The notes under the pieces were generated by a model. It was not told where the DNA came from. It searched no databases and saw only the letters and a program-made list of their open reading frames with translations. The translations under genes and the position numbers were made by a program. Of a stretch of 64,000 bases of DNA, positions 12,340 to 27,199 are shown piece by piece. The stretch's first letter is position 1. The number at the start of each line of letters is the position of its first letter. Origin of the DNA: Eledone cirrhosa (lineage: Eukaryota); assembly GCA_964016885.1 (NCBI GenBank), contig OZ024743.1, forward strand, positions 340,814,001-340,878,000. The letters run 5' to 3'.

Positions 12340-13790
12340 TATTTATGTAATTTTGATAATTTTCATAGATTTTGGCCAGTATTGCCCAGCAATGTCTAAC
12401 TTAATTGCACCACCTGGCGAAGTCTTTGCAATCATGATTTGAATACCATGGCCCATTCAAGTTCAGAGTTATTGTTTACGGAGACATATCAGGGTGTTGC
12501 AGGGATATCCGGGATTTCTTGGAGGAATATGTCTAAAGACATTTTGAATTTTATGGGATCTGTTTCCAATTTTATGTTTTTGTGTAATGTTAAAGAAAGC
12601 GGGACCGTAATGTTGTTATGAGATGCGAGTTTGATTTTTGTTGTTTGTTGTGGGTGGAGAGCACGGGGCCCAAGTCTTAGGTGTATTTTAAAGATGATGT
12701 CGACATCATTTGGGCAATGATGTTGGAATATTTTTCACATCATTCAAATAATGTAGCGCTGACAGCGGCCTTGTAGAGAGTAGAGTTTCAGCTTTTTTAA
12801 TCAACCCTAATAATGAAGGCCTGTCATGCTGTCTATCTTTTATTGTGACTGACTTTTAAAATACTTCAGTTTTCATAATACTTTGTTTCGTGTAGGGAGA
12901 CCACATTGGACCACAGTATTCAAGGTGGGATCAGGCAAAAGTAAGGAAGAGAAAGATAATGGTGTGGATATCTCTCGACTGGAAATTTCTGAGAATCCAG
13001 GAACACATTCTACGGGCCATGTCAACTTTGCTGTTTATATGGGTGGCCCAGCTTATGGTATTATCAACAATTACTCTCAGGTCTCTGATGTTATTTGATG
13101 CCACAAACGTTTCACCCGAGGGAATGAAATATGATAGTTTCAGTGCAAGGAGGATTAGTTCGAATTTAACCTCGTTCAGTAGCATATTGTTTTTTCCACC
13201 CATTGGATAACATGTAAACAGGATGGCATGTCCGGTATCATTCCATCGATGACCCTCTGTAACTTGCAGATATAGATAATGAAGAGGTGGGCCCAACACA
13301 GTACCATGTGGGACGCCACTCCTGACGCCACTACTGGAGCCACTACTGCCGCCACTCCTTCGACAACAACATGTTGGGATCTGTTTGTCAGGAAACATTT
13401 GACTCATTGCAGTAACTTTCCAGAGACAAGAATGTTGGATAGTTTTTTTCAGTAAAATGTTGTGTTCAACCCTGTCAAAGGCCTTGCTAAAATCAAGGTA
13501 GATGACATCAATGCTGGAGCTCCCTCACAAAGCTCTTCAAATGTCATCAAAGTGATGCAGGAGCTGCGTTAGGCAGCCCCTTTCATTACAGAACCCATGT
13601 TTGTTGGAGTTCAGTCGATTTTGCTTTCAAGAAAGAGAGTCATTGTGGATCTCACCACCCTCTCGAATACCTTAATGATATGAGACGTAAGTGAGGTCAG
13701 ACGGTAATTCACTGCAAGGGACTTGTTTCACTTTTTGAAAATTGGGACAACAGACTCGGTCAGACAGTTTTCAGGTATGTAGCCAGCGTC
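12340..13790 (-). mobile_element. CR1-like LINE RT remnant
   Basis: Minus-strand motifs NYRLTSLTSHIIKVFERVV, DVIYLDFSKAFDRVEH, SGVPHGTVLGP, IRDLRVIVDNTISWATHIN. Many stops and shifts. Confidence 0.85.
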
Positions 13791-13830
13791 ACAGATTAGC
13801 TACACACACACACACACACACACAAACACA

Positions 13831-14049
<219 letters not shown>

Positions 14050-14667
14050 ATATCTATATCTCTATAAATATATCTGTATATATATACATGTATGTGTTTG
14101 TGTGATAATATGTTTCTAGGTGTTTGTGCGAGCACTGTCTAAAATATGTTATTACATTTCCCAGCTATTCTATTTCAAGGATAAATATCTGTAGAAAGAA
14201 AGCCGAAACTGAACAAAATATAAACATAACTATCAAGTTTGAGGTATTTGGAAATCATTCTTCAATTTATAAATTACTAAGAACAAAGCCATAGAAATAT
14301 AAAGCGTGAGATTACCAGACTTACCAAAATGCATTGCAGTATTAGTTACTTTGCTTTATCTTATGAATTGAAGACATAGTTATACACAATAGTTAATATG
14401 ATTATTTGAATTTCAAGTAAATTACAAAGAAATGAACGAGAGATTTTATGCTGTCACTCGTCTTCTTAGAAATAGCAGTCGGATATGCTTCAAGTTACAT
14501 TTTTAGGTGAATTTGAATAATATTGCTCTAGATACATTACATCAAAATGATATGGGCAAGCCAACACTAGAATTTCTTTGATCAAACAATTACGGGCTAA
14601 ACGGCAATAAAAATCATTCGGTTCCTTAAGGCCGTAGTATTTGTTGTTGCTCTCTTCTTCGCCCACT

Positions 14668-14805
14668 TATTTCTGAGGGGATCGTGGGAGCAGAGTCCTC
14701 AAACACTAATTCCAGCGGGTACTGTCAGAAGCAACTGTCTCCAACTGATGTGGTTGGAACTTGCTGGGGGGTCTTCCACTGGGTCTCTTGCCGGTTGGTT
14801 TTTCC
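14668..14805 (-). mobile_element. 3' end fragment of the same Rex3/Expander-like LINE as 2270-2895
   Basis: Reverse complement matches 2820-2890 (ATCAGTTGGAGA..TTGCTTCTGACAG...GTGTTTGAGGA.TCTGC.CCCACGAT). Confidence 0.65.
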
Positions 14806-15444
14806 CAGCTTAAAGACTCCAAAAAAACTAATTATTTGTGTATAGAAATTTTAATGACTATACAAATTCAGTTTTCTTTTAATGTAAATTCTTTTAAACT
14901 ATTCAAACAGACCAAGTTTAAGTATTTTTTGAATTTCCTAGTAACATTGATATTTCTTCAGTCACAAATAAACCTTTCTGATAGAATTTGCCTAAAGTTT
15001 TCCATTTATTTTACTAACTAGACAGTGGAGATTCTATTCATTTAGTATGCTAAAAAATTGCAGCCAATTCAGATTCAAACCAAACTTAAATGCAGAAGTA
15101 AATGTAAAATGTTGTCTTACATATACTTGACTGAAATAAGTGGTTGCATGGATACGGCTACTATTTAATGAAGTAAAAGAGTAAAGTAGTAAATCAACAT
15201 GCCTAACAGACGTTAATCCATTCTGGTTAACAGTATAGAGTACCTCTTCCGTTTCGCTGCACTTAAAATCAATAAAGGTATGATAGTTATAACCAAATCT
15301 CTTCATACACACATACATACATACATACATACATACATACATACATACATACATACATACATACATACATACATACATGGTGGGTGCCCCCTCGTTATCG
15401 AGTATGGCCATTGCACGATATAATATTACTAATAATTATCAATT

Positions 15445-15632
15445 AATTGTTTCTACTTTTGGCACAAGGCCATCAATTACCCAGTGCATTACTGGTACTT
15501 TATTTTATCGACCCCGTAAGGATGAAAGGCAAAGTTAACCTCGGCGGGATTTGAACTCAGATCATACAGGGAGGTAACTCTATGCTTCAAAGCATGGCAT
15601 CCGACCCTCTACCGATACTGCCAATCCACCGT
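15445..15632 (-). mobile_element. tRNA-derived SINE copy
   Basis: Matches 6633-6823. Confidence 0.85.
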
Positions 15633-15829
15633 GCAATACCTGTTCTTGAAGATTTTTTTAAAGTGATGAAATACTGTACATTATATGCATACATACATTT
15701 GTAATAAGGAACGCGTAACCAGGGAGTATTACACCCGATTAAGAAAAATATGTCCAAAGTTTTATTCCTACCTTTTGTAGTATTGTAGTTGTTTTTATTT
15801 CGTACAATTGGCTCGTCATTATTTTCTGT

Positions 15830-16015
15830 GTATTGGCAGTATCGGTAGAGGGTCGGACGCCATGCTTTCCAGCATAGAGTTGCGTCCCTTTATGATCTAA
15901 GTTCCAATCCCTCCGAGGTTAACTTTGCCTTTCATCCTTATGGGGTCGATAAAATAAAGTACCAGTAATACACTTGGATAATTGCTGGCCTTGTGCCAAA
16001 AGTAGAAACAATTAT
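15830..16015 (+). mobile_element. tRNA-derived SINE copy
   Basis: Reverse complement of 15445-15632. Confidence 0.85.
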
Positions 16016-16019
16016 TTTC

Positions 16020-16808
16020 CTTCTCCAATCGTTGTTTTGAGTGTCGTAATTTTCTACAGAAGTATAAAACAACTAATTGAGGGTGGGGTATTGTGGCAAT
16101 AGAATTAATTTTAATCCCCTTGAGATGATTTTGCTTCGTTGGGTTGATAGGATTATATTCGATAGATTGATTATTTTCGGCTTTTAATAATTGTTTTGTA
16201 CCATTTAGTGTCGTAGATTCTGTCGACTTGTTCTAAAAAATGATCTTTCAACTTTTTCCTTTCATTGGTATTTATGTAACTGATAGTATTTTCCTCTTAT
16301 TTTGTGATCGTTTATAGAAATTTCGGTTATTTTTTGTGCGGATTGTTGTTGTTTGTGATTGCACTGCGGGTTGTGGCTCCTGTTCCTCTGTGTATGTTGT
16401 GATCTACGGTTTCGGAATAAATCCTGGAGGAAAATGTCAAGGCCTAAAATCAAATGCTTGTAACGAAAAGAAGTTAAGCGCTAATCGAATATAGATATCC
16501 ACTAACTCGATCAAATGTACTAACAGTGGAATCCATAAATGTATATATATATATATATATATATAAGGTTAACGTTTGATATAGCAGGAAGAGGGTCTTA
16601 ATGATTCGGACGCTAGTCCTTCACTAGCTTCCGAAACATTGAGACCCTCTTCCTGCTATATCAAACATTAACCTTATATATATATATATATATATATTTA
16701 TGGATTCCACTGTTAGTACATTTGATCGAGTTCGTGGATATCTATATTCGATTAGCGCTTAACTTCTTTTCATTACAAGCATGTGATTTTAGGCCTTGAC
16801 ATTTTCCT
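16020..16808 (-). mobile_element. PLE remnant: fold-back pLTR (16428-16808, centre about 16620) followed on the minus strand by a degenerate ORF N-terminus
   Basis: Arms of about 190 bp each contain an (AT)n. Minus-strand NLSNIILSTQRSKIISRGLKL resembles the PLE N-terminal NLS..L....LSKGLKF motif. Confidence 0.6.
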
Positions 16809-16854
16809 TTTATCGTGTGATTGACAATTAAGGAGCAGTATTTATATATCTATA

Positions 16855-17676
16855 TCCAAAATTAAGACAAATCATATGAATTTAATCTAAATCAAAATTA
16901 TGGGTGTCGTGCCAGAAAGACATGCGCCATATCACCCGCAAAATAAGCTCTAAGATTCTAACGAGTAGGTCCGAGCATTTTATAATAACTAGAAATTGAT
17001 TAACATATAAATAAACATGAATAATCACAGGAGATAATTTTTACAAGTGTGTAACCACACATAGTTAGCTAGGTAACTAAATAAAGTTGACCAGAACTTC
17101 AAAATATACATACCTTATAATATGATTAATCTTCCCTGTATATATTCCATTAAAGAAATATATTTCACCAATTAATCGGATGGTAAACCACGGAAGTGGA
17201 GACTTGGATTTTCCACAAGTTGTCGATAACCCTATTCACGCCACTAGGGCTAATAGATATAGCACGTGTTGCTGGCCAGTCGCTGATGTGAACTTGAAGT
17301 GTAAACACGGATCGCTGGAACTTCTTCCTTGTTGAAAATCCAAGTCTCCACTTCCGTGGTTTACCATCCGATTAATTGGTGAAATATATTTCTTTAATGG
17401 AATATATACAGGGAAGATTAATCATATTATAAGGTATCTATTTTTGAAGTTCTGGTCAACTTTATTTAGTTACCTACCTAGCTATGTGTGGTTACACACT
17501 TGTAAAAATTATCTCCTGTGATTATTCATGTTTATTTATATGTTAATCAATTTCTAGTTATTATAAAATGCTAGAATCTTAGAGCTTATTTTGCGGGTGA
17601 TATGGCGCATGTCTTTCTGGCATGACACCCATAATTTTGATTTAGGTTAAATTCATTTGATTTATCTTAATTTTGT
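16855..17676. repeat. Fold-back repeat, about 350-bp arms with about 120-bp spacer, (AT)n-flanked
   Basis: 16855-17213 is the reverse complement of 17334-17676, apart from one small indel and scattered substitutions. Confidence 0.9.
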
Positions 17677-17701
17677 GTATATATATATATATACATATAA
17701 C

Positions 17702-18466
17702 ATACATAATCGGAGAAAGCTAATAGATACTCCGGCCAAATTCCAACTCACTCAACAAACATTAGGAAATACCTTAGTATATTCCTAATTAAACGTTCGG
17801 GGTGCTAACTAATTGTATTGTGTAGAAAATTGGCTGTATCATTTCATATGAGATATATCAAATATATCTCTTCCCAGACGACTCGTGTCACTATAAGATT
17901 TCTACAAGTTGGGTGAAATTATACCAATTTATGTAGAATATTGTATAAGATCAACAGATACTTATTCAAGTGGGCTCTTATAATTCATCAGTGGGTGCCC
18001 AATAATATTAATATTGATAACCAAATCACCATCAGTGCTTGAGGGAGCTGCTAGGTTGTTAGTCCAGCAGTTCTAAAGAAAATCTCACACTGTCTCGAAA
18101 ATAGGAGGAAGGAGACTACCGCCAAAAAACAATACATGCGCGGGTAAATGAATTCTGAAAAGAATTCAAGCCACGTGCTAGAACTCAATTGGATATGAAC
18201 AAATAACCATATGTGCGCATCGATTGATGACACACAGATATTTTCTCGGGCAAAATAACAGAATGAGATACAAGAACAAACAATCAATATTCATATAAAA
18301 AATAAACAAAGAGAGTCATACCTTATATCGGGAAAGTTCATATCTGTTGCTCCAAGAGTAAATATATAAATACATAATCGGAGAAAGCTAATAGCGATAC
18401 TCCGGCCAAATTCCAACTCACTCAACAAACATTAGGAAATACCTGAGTATATTCCTAATTAAACGT
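17702..18466. repeat. Partial tandem element with about 95-bp direct terminal repeat (period about 668), (AT)n-flanked
   Basis: ATACATAATCGGAGAAAGCTAATAG...CCTAATTAAACGT at 17702 and 18370. Confidence 0.8.
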
Positions 18467-19130
18467 ATATATATATATATATATATATATACCAGCATTT
18501 GTCTGCTTTTGTGTGTTTTCATGCAAAGACTTCTATGTACATAAATGTCTCATGAGAGTTGATATCGCCATCCCATGCGTGCAGAATGAAACAAACATGT
18601 AGACACTGGTCTACACCTATCTTCTCCCTTCCCCCTTCCATTTACTCTTCCTTGACTTAATACCAACCAACAGCAACATATTCCACTCACTTCATCTATG
18701 TCTAACTTGCATAATTATTCCGGCTCCTCCTCTCAACCATGACCGTCCTCACTCCTGATACACGCCTCCTGTCCAACCCATGCATACAAGTATGGAATTC
18801 TGAACTCGCTCCACATTTGCTCTCCCACTATGCTATTGCCACTACGTTCAGCATATATAGTGATCTGGTGCCACAACAAAAGTCTGTAAGATGGTCGTGC
18901 TGGCAACATGACCAGAGACAGTACTCAATCCACCCTGTTAGTTGGTCGTTTTAGTGTCACGATAAAAAAAACACCCAATCCACATTGTACGTAGCAGGTG
19001 TTAGAGAGGGCATCTAGCCGTAGAAAGCAAGCCAAACCAAAATACAGATGCGATTATCGAGACCTGTGAACTTACCATTACATGTCCCATAACGTGACAA
19101 CCTATCTAGTCCATGCAAGCACCCCCCCCC

Positions 19131-19235
<105 letters not shown>

Positions 19236-19595
19236 CAAAATGACCGAGGACCAAGGTTAAGAACTTAAATCAATTCTTTAAATTCTACCCCCGTTTCAAT
19301 ACCGAATTACGCCGTACAGTGTTTAGGCAACCACGTCACCTTTTTGTTCAAATCAGACACAGGAACGATGTACTAGATTCAAGCTTATTAGCTATCGTCA
19401 GCATCGTATACCTTCCTGTCAGATGGTTGAACGTCTGAAAGTATATACTTTCCTTATGCATATTAACGGCTGAGCAGCCTAATTTGCATATCGAGTGTGT
19501 TCAGTTGGCCGGGCACACCGAAAACGAAAAAACGATTTAAGTAAGTGCCGTACTAAGAGTGAGAAATGAAATTTCGCTTCATTCTATTCCATTTA
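19236..19595 (-). mobile_element. Solo copy of the 43522-44940 HHR family (HHR at 19366-19406, GAAA mutated to GAAT)
   Basis: Shares AAGCTTATTAGCTATCGTCAGCA.CGTATACCTTCC with 43730, 44196 and 56240. Confidence 0.8.
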
Positions 19596-19626
<31 letters not shown>

Positions 19627-19793
19627 ATATATATATATACATAAAATTGAAAGTCTGAAGAACTATTAGATAAAATATATACAGTATTTCCTCTCCTAAT
19701 CAGTATAAATCAACCACATAAAAAATCATTTAAACTCATATATGTATCTGTGACTATGTCTAATTATATATATATACCCCTTTGAATTTAATA

Positions 19794-19825
<32 letters not shown>

Positions 19826-19837
19826 CATATATATATA

Positions 19838-20033
19838 GGAAAAGAGTCAGGACCTCAACGACTGAGCTCCGGCCGTTTCGACAACTATTTCAGCAGTTGC
19901 TGTCGTAACGCGAAACGGCCGGAGCTCAGCCGTCAGAGTCCTGACTCTTTTCCTATTACCCACTCTACTACCCATAGTATCGAGTACTCTGGTGCGTTAT
20001 TCTTCACCTGGTTCCTTGCCACACTCCCTTCGT
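19838..20033 (+). mobile_element. About 195-bp hairpin-headed element; copies at 22124-22318 +, 50082-50265 +, 53510-53668 -, fragment 20907-20962
   Basis: AGGAAAAG...CGTTTCGAC-[loop]-CGAAACGGC...CTTTTCCT hairpin followed by ATTACCCACTCTACTACCC...CACCTGGTTCCTT. Always in or next to (AT)n. Confidence 0.8.
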
Positions 20034-20072
20034 TATATATATATATATATACACATATATATATATAGAGAG

Positions 20073-20740
20073 ATATCAATAATATTAATAAATGGAAGCT
20101 ATCTTTATAAAACCATATTTATTTTATTATATATATTTCAAGGGTATCAACATTTTGGTACCGTCTCATCAGATAAAATAGTGACATTTTCAGACAAGAA
20201 CTTAATGTTGTGAGTTCTATTTGAATAGTTTATTTATAATTCGCACATTATATTATAAATACTTCTAAAATATATAATTAGATAATCAAATAAGTAAAAA
20301 TAAATAAGTAAAAATAAATCTAATTATTTCATTCTCTCTACATCCTTACAAATATGTTCCGAACAATTATATACCTACATTCCTATAAATATTCAGTTAG
20401 TAGCTTTATTATATTTTTTCTTAAAATCTTTCCTTAATTTTCTTCCACCCTAATAATAACCCTTATTTCCTTTTCTTATTAAAAAATAATCCTAAAAATT
20501 ATTTAAATTCACCTAGCGGCTAAATGTAACGATCTTTTTCAGTTTTAACGTTATCCTCATTAGCATATTCATCTTGTGATTTGAAGTTTTCTTCACTGTT
20601 CAAATAGAACTCACAACATTAAGTTCTTGTCTGAATATGTCACTATCTGTAAACCAAAATTTTGGTAACCTTGAAATATATATAATAAAATAAATATGGT
20701 TTTATAAAGATAGCCTCCATTTATTAATATTATTGATATT
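20073..20740. repeat. Fold-back element (20073-20230 vs 20596-20740) with minus-strand HHR at 20120-20180; same family as 41085-41260
   Basis: Inverted arms seen directly. The right arm has lost CTGATGA. Confidence 0.8.
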
Positions 20741-20823
20741 ATACTCCAGAAGAAATTTGTTGAGTGCTTCTAATCTGTTATAAATTAAATTTATTGAATA
20801 ATCAACAAATTAAATAACTCATT

Positions 20824-20902
<79 letters not shown>

Positions 20903-21685
20903 TATAGGAAAATGTTTAACCCCGACGGCAGAGCTCAAGCCGTATCGACGGCTATTTCTGGATCATATATATAAGAAGCATTCGTAAATTACCATTAACG
21001 ATAATATTAATCAAGTTCTAAGATACAGTCCATGTAGATGGTTGAATTGATTGAATTCCTCTCACACTGTTGGTAACACGTATTAAAAATTAAATTTAAA
21101 AAAAAAAAAATTAAATTCAAAGATTTGACATCACAGGGTAAATTTAAAATGAGTAAAACCGTGTTATTTAAGTTTGGCAGTGTCCTATTAATATGGTCTT
21201 TTACATAAGTATTTGATTTATAGTGTACCAAATTATTCTTATAATAACTCTTGTAATCATTCAGTGAATTAATTAAGATATGGTTACTACTGTCATTTTA
21301 CAAGATTGTTTACCGATCTGTATAACACATTTCAATAATTATTTGTATTTGTACTGTTGAATGCCATAAGTGTAATTAATGCTCCGAATAAAACGACATA
21401 TGGTTGTATACATGAACATAAACACATACATACATACACATATATCTATATATATATATATATATATATATATGCTACATCGGTAAACAATCATCTAAAA
21501 TGACACTACTAACCATGTCTTAATTAATTCACTGGATAATTACAGGAGTTATTATATATATATATACAGGGTTATTTATTTAAAAAGAATGAACCAATCA
21601 TGACGCATTGCAGTGAAATCGGTTCATTATTTTTGAATAACCCTGGATATATACATATATATACGTATATATACATATATATACA

Positions 21686-21744
<59 letters not shown>

Positions 21745-21849
21745 GTATATATATATATGTATATATATATATTGTTATACTTGGGGAGGGTCATATTTGT
21801 GTCATATTTCATATAAAAAACCTCGCAAAACTAATTCATCGCCGTTATT

Positions 21850-21907
<58 letters not shown>

Positions 21908-21912
21908 TATAC

Positions 21913-21956
<44 letters not shown>

Positions 21957-21962
21957 GTATAC

Positions 21963-21997
<35 letters not shown>

Positions 21998-22045
21998 AAT
22001 ATATATATATAATAATATGTATAATAATTTCCATACTTTTCATTC

Positions 22046-22083
<38 letters not shown>

Positions 22084-22314
22084 ATGTGTGTGTGTACGTA
22101 TGTGTTTATGTATATATATATATAGGAAAAGGTTCAGCACCCCGACGACAGAGCTCAAGCTGTTTCGACGGCTATTTCTGGACCAGAAATAGCCGTCGAA
22201 ACGGCTTGTGCTCTGCCGTCGTGGTCCTGAACCTTTTCCTATTACCCACTCTACTACCCAAAGTATTGAGTACTCTGGTGCTTTACGGTTCACCTGGTTC
22301 CTTACCACACCTTC

Positions 22315-22352
<38 letters not shown>

Positions 22353-22555
22353 CACACTCACACATCCACACTCCTATATATATATACACAAACACATATC
22401 CACTCATATATATATACGCACGTAGACGTACATACACAAATATAACATAACAGAATATAACAGAATAGAATGTAATATAATATAATACACCATAACATTT
22501 CTCATAGCAATGCAATACAACATAATATAACATATTATACCCTTATATTATTCTG

Positions 22556-22731
22556 GGAGTATCAGTGGAAGGTCGGACGACATGCTTTCCAGCATAGTTA
22601 CTTCCCTTTACGGTCTGAGTTCAGATCCTGTCGAGGTTAACTTTGCTTTTCTTCCTTACAGGGTCGATAAAATAAAGTACCAGTAATGTATTGGGTAATT
22701 GCTGGCCTTGTGCCAAATGTAGAAACAATTA
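22556..22731 (+). mobile_element. tRNA-derived SINE copy
   Basis: Matches the 15830-16015 family. Confidence 0.8.
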
Positions 22732-23012
22732 TATTATTACAAGATACCATTTTACAATTATATAACTAATACTTGGCCATATAAAACTTTACTTTAACAA
22801 ATATTGGATATATATTTAGGCCAAGTTGCTACAAGGAATTTTATAAGTATAAACCTCTAGTGAGATTTAGATATTTGTAAGATTAGGTGAGATTATTGTT
22901 AAAATACATTTATATTGCATGTAATTTCAGAATATATATAGAGAGTACTCCTATAAGCATTTCAAAATAGATGTTTATAAATAGTCATTTATACAACTTT
23001 TATCTAGTCACA

Positions 23013-23100
<88 letters not shown>

Positions 23101-23101
23101 C

Positions 23102-23146
<45 letters not shown>

Positions 23147-23699
23147 CATATATATACATATATATACATATATATATACATATATATACATATATATACA
23201 TATATATACAAATATATCCACCCATGTGTAATTTAAGATCTATAAGTGTATATCAATTTATGTGGATATAATACATATTGAGTGCGTGGAGAAATTATTT
23301 CTAGATTATTTTGGAAGGAAGGAGGAAGAGATTGATTTTTTCCTAATGTGGGTTTATTAATTGCAGTATTAAAGACTTTCTGTTTATTTTGCCGGGGGAA
23401 ATAACGATTAACACTAGAGGGCTATAGGGAAAATTAATTGAAAAATAAAATAAAATTATAAAATTAGAGAAAATAAGATAGGAATTAGTTGGGATTTGAT
23501 AGAGGTGAGGCAATTATTATGCCAATAATTAATTTATAAATAAATAAATAAATAAAAACAAATATATATATATACAATATATATATAAAACATTGATATA
23601 AAAAAACACATTTCTATCTTAGTATAACAGATAATGATATCATTGATTAAAACTAGTGGAGTTTAATTATGTGTACCTATAGATATATTATACCATTAT

Positions 23700-26105
23700 C
23701 TTGTTAAAGTTTAAATAGTACCATTATTTTAATATTTACTATAATAGAAATATTGAGAACGTTTATGTGGACATGTGGAAAGAAACTCAGAGTTTCTGTT
23801 AATAATTATTAGTTTGGATTTTAAGATATACAGATTTTCAGTTACTAACATATCCCAGTGCCCCAATAATCACAGGCATAAATCTGAAGGTATAATCAGG
23901 GTGGATTATCTGCAGATTTCTCATTAGTTCTGCATAAATATTCTCCTTTTTCGATAATCTTTGATATTATATTGGCATCTGCTGGGCAGCTAACTTCCGC
24001 TACTGTGTATGCCGTCTTTTCCCTGTCCCATATCATTATATTGGTCTGTTATGCCTGCATTTCATTGGGACTTTTACTGGAACATACCACCCGTACTCTT
24101 TCATATTTTATATATATGTATGTCTTCCATATTGTTGTAGTTTCTAATGTGTTTATTATCGGGGCTATCTTTTCTACGGATTGCATTGTACAGTGTTTTG
24201 TTCACTACATCATGCCTCATATGTAGACAGTACCGCGATGACATCTTTGGACAGCTGCTTATGGCATGGGTGAAGTCTGCACTTGTTATCACATCTAGGT
24301 GTTTTGCCTGCATCCCTATCTCTTTTGCGAATCAGGTATTTCGTGTTGATTTCCTGTTCTTGGATTGCAAAGGCGTATCATTCAAAGTGGGAGCCAATAT
24401 AGCGGTTGTTGGTCCAAGATAGGCTACTTTCTTTATCTATATACTCTCACTCTGGAGCTTCCTGGCAACATATGCATGCATAATTGTTTGCTGATAAGCA
24501 TGCAGTTTTTCATCCATCGATTAACTGCGATACTGCTGAGCGACTTCCCTGGGTGTGAGTTTTTGATTATCACACAGGGAATATCTCTCGAGGAGTTCCT
24601 TCCCAACTCTTATGATCTTATCTGTTTCATGCAGATAGACTTACTCGAGAGACGGGCTCATACGCTTCGATGTTCGTATATGTTGTCGGAGGGATATGAT
24701 GCGACATTCAAATGCTGTCTGTACTGATGTTAGGCCTCTGCCTCCCTGCTTACGTTTCAAGTAAAGGCAGTCTATGTCACTGTTGATGAGGAAGTTTCCG
24801 GTGTTGTTCAGTATTTTTCGAGTTCCAACATCAACTGCTCGGATTTCGTCTATCGTCCAATTGAGTATTCCAAACGTTGGTGTTAGGACAGGCATAGCAA
24901 GCACATTGTGAACCACTGTTTTGTTGTACGCAGAGAGTTCCGATGACCATTTTTTAAAAATCGGTTGTAGTATTCCCTGGTTACGCGTTCCTTATTACAG
25001 ATACCATTATAGGATATGTTCTCATCTATCCCCAGGTATCTGTAGCAGTCCTTATCAGATATCGGTGAAACAGTTAGGCCATTGATGACAATGTTGCTAG
25101 ATTGGTTTTTTTTCCCCGCTTTACAGTCATATATGAGCATTTATCTTGGCCAAACTCCATTCCTATATCCTTTGAGAATGTTGTAACCAGGTCAAGATTT
25201 TTCTTTATCCCATCCATGTTCTTGGCATAGAAATTCAGATCATCCACAAAGAAATTATGGGTTAGGTTCGTATCTCTGTCCTCCTGTGAGCCAATGATAT
25301 ATCTTTAACATTTCTTGAAGTTTAATGACAGGATAAATAATATCACAGAGAGACTGTCTCCTTGGACTATACCTCTGTGATATTCTATTTTATCAGTGAA
25401 AATAGAATCCTCTTTCTCTGTTTTTAACTTTAGGATAGTAGCCCAATAAAAAGACAGCTTCTCTTTGGCTCTGATAATAATGTCTGGGACTTTAGCAAGT
25501 CGGAGGCCCTCTAACATCCAAGAGTGTGGACAGAATCGAAAGCTTTCCTGTAGTCCAGCCAGACTGTAGCCATTTTTCTCCTAAGTTGTTGCACGTCCGA
25601 CATCGCAGTTTTGTTGACTAGGAGTTGTTCAGCACATCCCCAACCCCCTTTCTTTCCAGCTGCTTGTTCATCTGTGATGATGTTATTATTTTCACAGAGA
25701 TCTTGGAGGAATAGGTTCAGGCAGGCTCTATACATCTTATACATCAGGTTCTGGCATGCAATGGGTCGGTAGTATTTTGTCAAGTGGGTGTCTTTGTTCT
25801 TGGGGACCAGTAATGTTTGTGTTAATGTCAACCATTCTGGTATAAGTGTATCTCCCTTAAGAACTTGTTGGTAGAGGTCGTTAAGACACCTCCGATAGAA
25901 TATCAGTTTTTTGTACCAGTAGCCGACAATCATGTCTCTTCCTGGTGTTTTCTTATCTTGGAGTTTTCCTATCACAATCTCAAGGGTACCCTCACTTATT
26001 TCGTATGTTTTTGTTGTAGTGTAGGAGCAATAGTTCTTTTGGATTTCTTTTAGCCACACTGCATCTTGGTTGACATTCTTCTTTCACCCCATATTTTTCT
26101 CTAAA
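23700..26105 (-). mobile_element. R4/Dong-like (RLE-type) non-LTR retrotransposon, degenerate RT to RLE
   Basis: KTPGRDMIVGYWYK, YRPIACQNLMYK, WLDYRKAFDSV, RGIVQGDSLS, FFVDDL, YRYLGIDE, LYLKRKQGGRGL, IQEQEINTKY. Multiple frameshifts. The 3' boundary is approximate. Confidence 0.85.
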
Positions 26106-26191
26106 AGGAATGTATGTATGTATGTATGTATGTATGTATGTATGTATGTATGTATGTATGTATGTATGTATGTATGTATCTATGTATGTAT

Positions 26192-26865
26192 GTGATGTCA
26201 GGTCACCAGTTGGTGCTACTGGTAACATGTATCCCAGTACAACCTGTCTCATGGTCGGGTCGTTGGCGACTAAACTGGCAACCCCACCAAGGTTTCTTGG
26301 TGAGGAGGGTGACTTTGGACATCCTGCAGGACTAAAAACAAACCCTGTCAAAGGGCAAAGGAGCTCTTAAGAGTCAATGGCCATCCAAAATCATCGGGAG
26401 AGATGACCCCTTAGCCTTTGTCAAGGCAGAATTCTAGGAGAAGGAAAACTCTGATATAACACCTGCAACCCTGATGGTATCCAATGATGTTGACTTGTTC
26501 TTCTTTTTGATAAATATCATCTTGGTTAAGAGAGTGGGACTGGCTTTGTGCAGTGCCTTTGCTCACTATAAAAGTTTCACGGCACAGGCATTGCTTTATA
26601 TCTGGAGATCTCTCTGCACTTGTCATCACATGGTACCATGGGCCCAGCACTATGTGTCAATAATGGTCACAAGTGTAGTCTTTGTGCCAGAGTTTTCAAG
26701 TTGCTGGCTGGACTAAAAAGTCACACTCGTTCAGCGCATTGGTAGGGGTTCTCCTACATGGATATAAAGTAGTGGCCGTACTCGAAAACGAGTTGGCAGC
26801 CACCATGTATGTATGTATGTATGTATGTATGTATGTATGTATGTATGTATGTATGTATGTATGTC
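26192..26865 (+). mobile_element. Non-autonomous RTE-derived element (5'-UTR-like part plus 3' stem-loop and (ATGT)n tail); relatives at 26900-27180, 32411-33075, 60962-61290 (-) and 3' stub 15306-15420 (-)
   Basis: TCTAGGAGAAGGAAAACTCTGAT resembles RTE 5'-UTR motifs (from recall). It ends GGCCRTACTCG-AWAA-CGAG...GCAGCCAYCATGTATG. Confidence 0.65.
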
Positions 26866-27199
26866 AATAAGTGATTTTTTTTTTTTTTTTTTTTTTTTGC
26901 GCCGGGACATAGAAATAATCGGGCTGGATGCCCGATCGCGCAGTTAAACCACTGGGAGTGAAGAACCCCTAGCCCTTGTCAGGGCAATCTTCTAGGAGAA
27001 GGCATCCCAGGAAACTGGGTTAACTCCGACATAAAACCTGCGGGTCAGTAGTTACCGATGATGTTGATCTTTTCTTCTTTTCGGGTTATAGCTACTGTCG
27101 CTCAGAGAGTGTGATTGGCTCAGTGCACAGTCTTTCCTCACTTTAAAAATATTCGTCACGCACAGGCATTGCACGAGTGCATTAATAATTATTAATAGT

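Noticed and set aside
26192-26420. HDV-like or twister ribozyme at the RTE-like 5' end
   Set aside because: Hairpins are present, but I could not fit either pseudoknot consensus by eye. An Infernal search would settle it.
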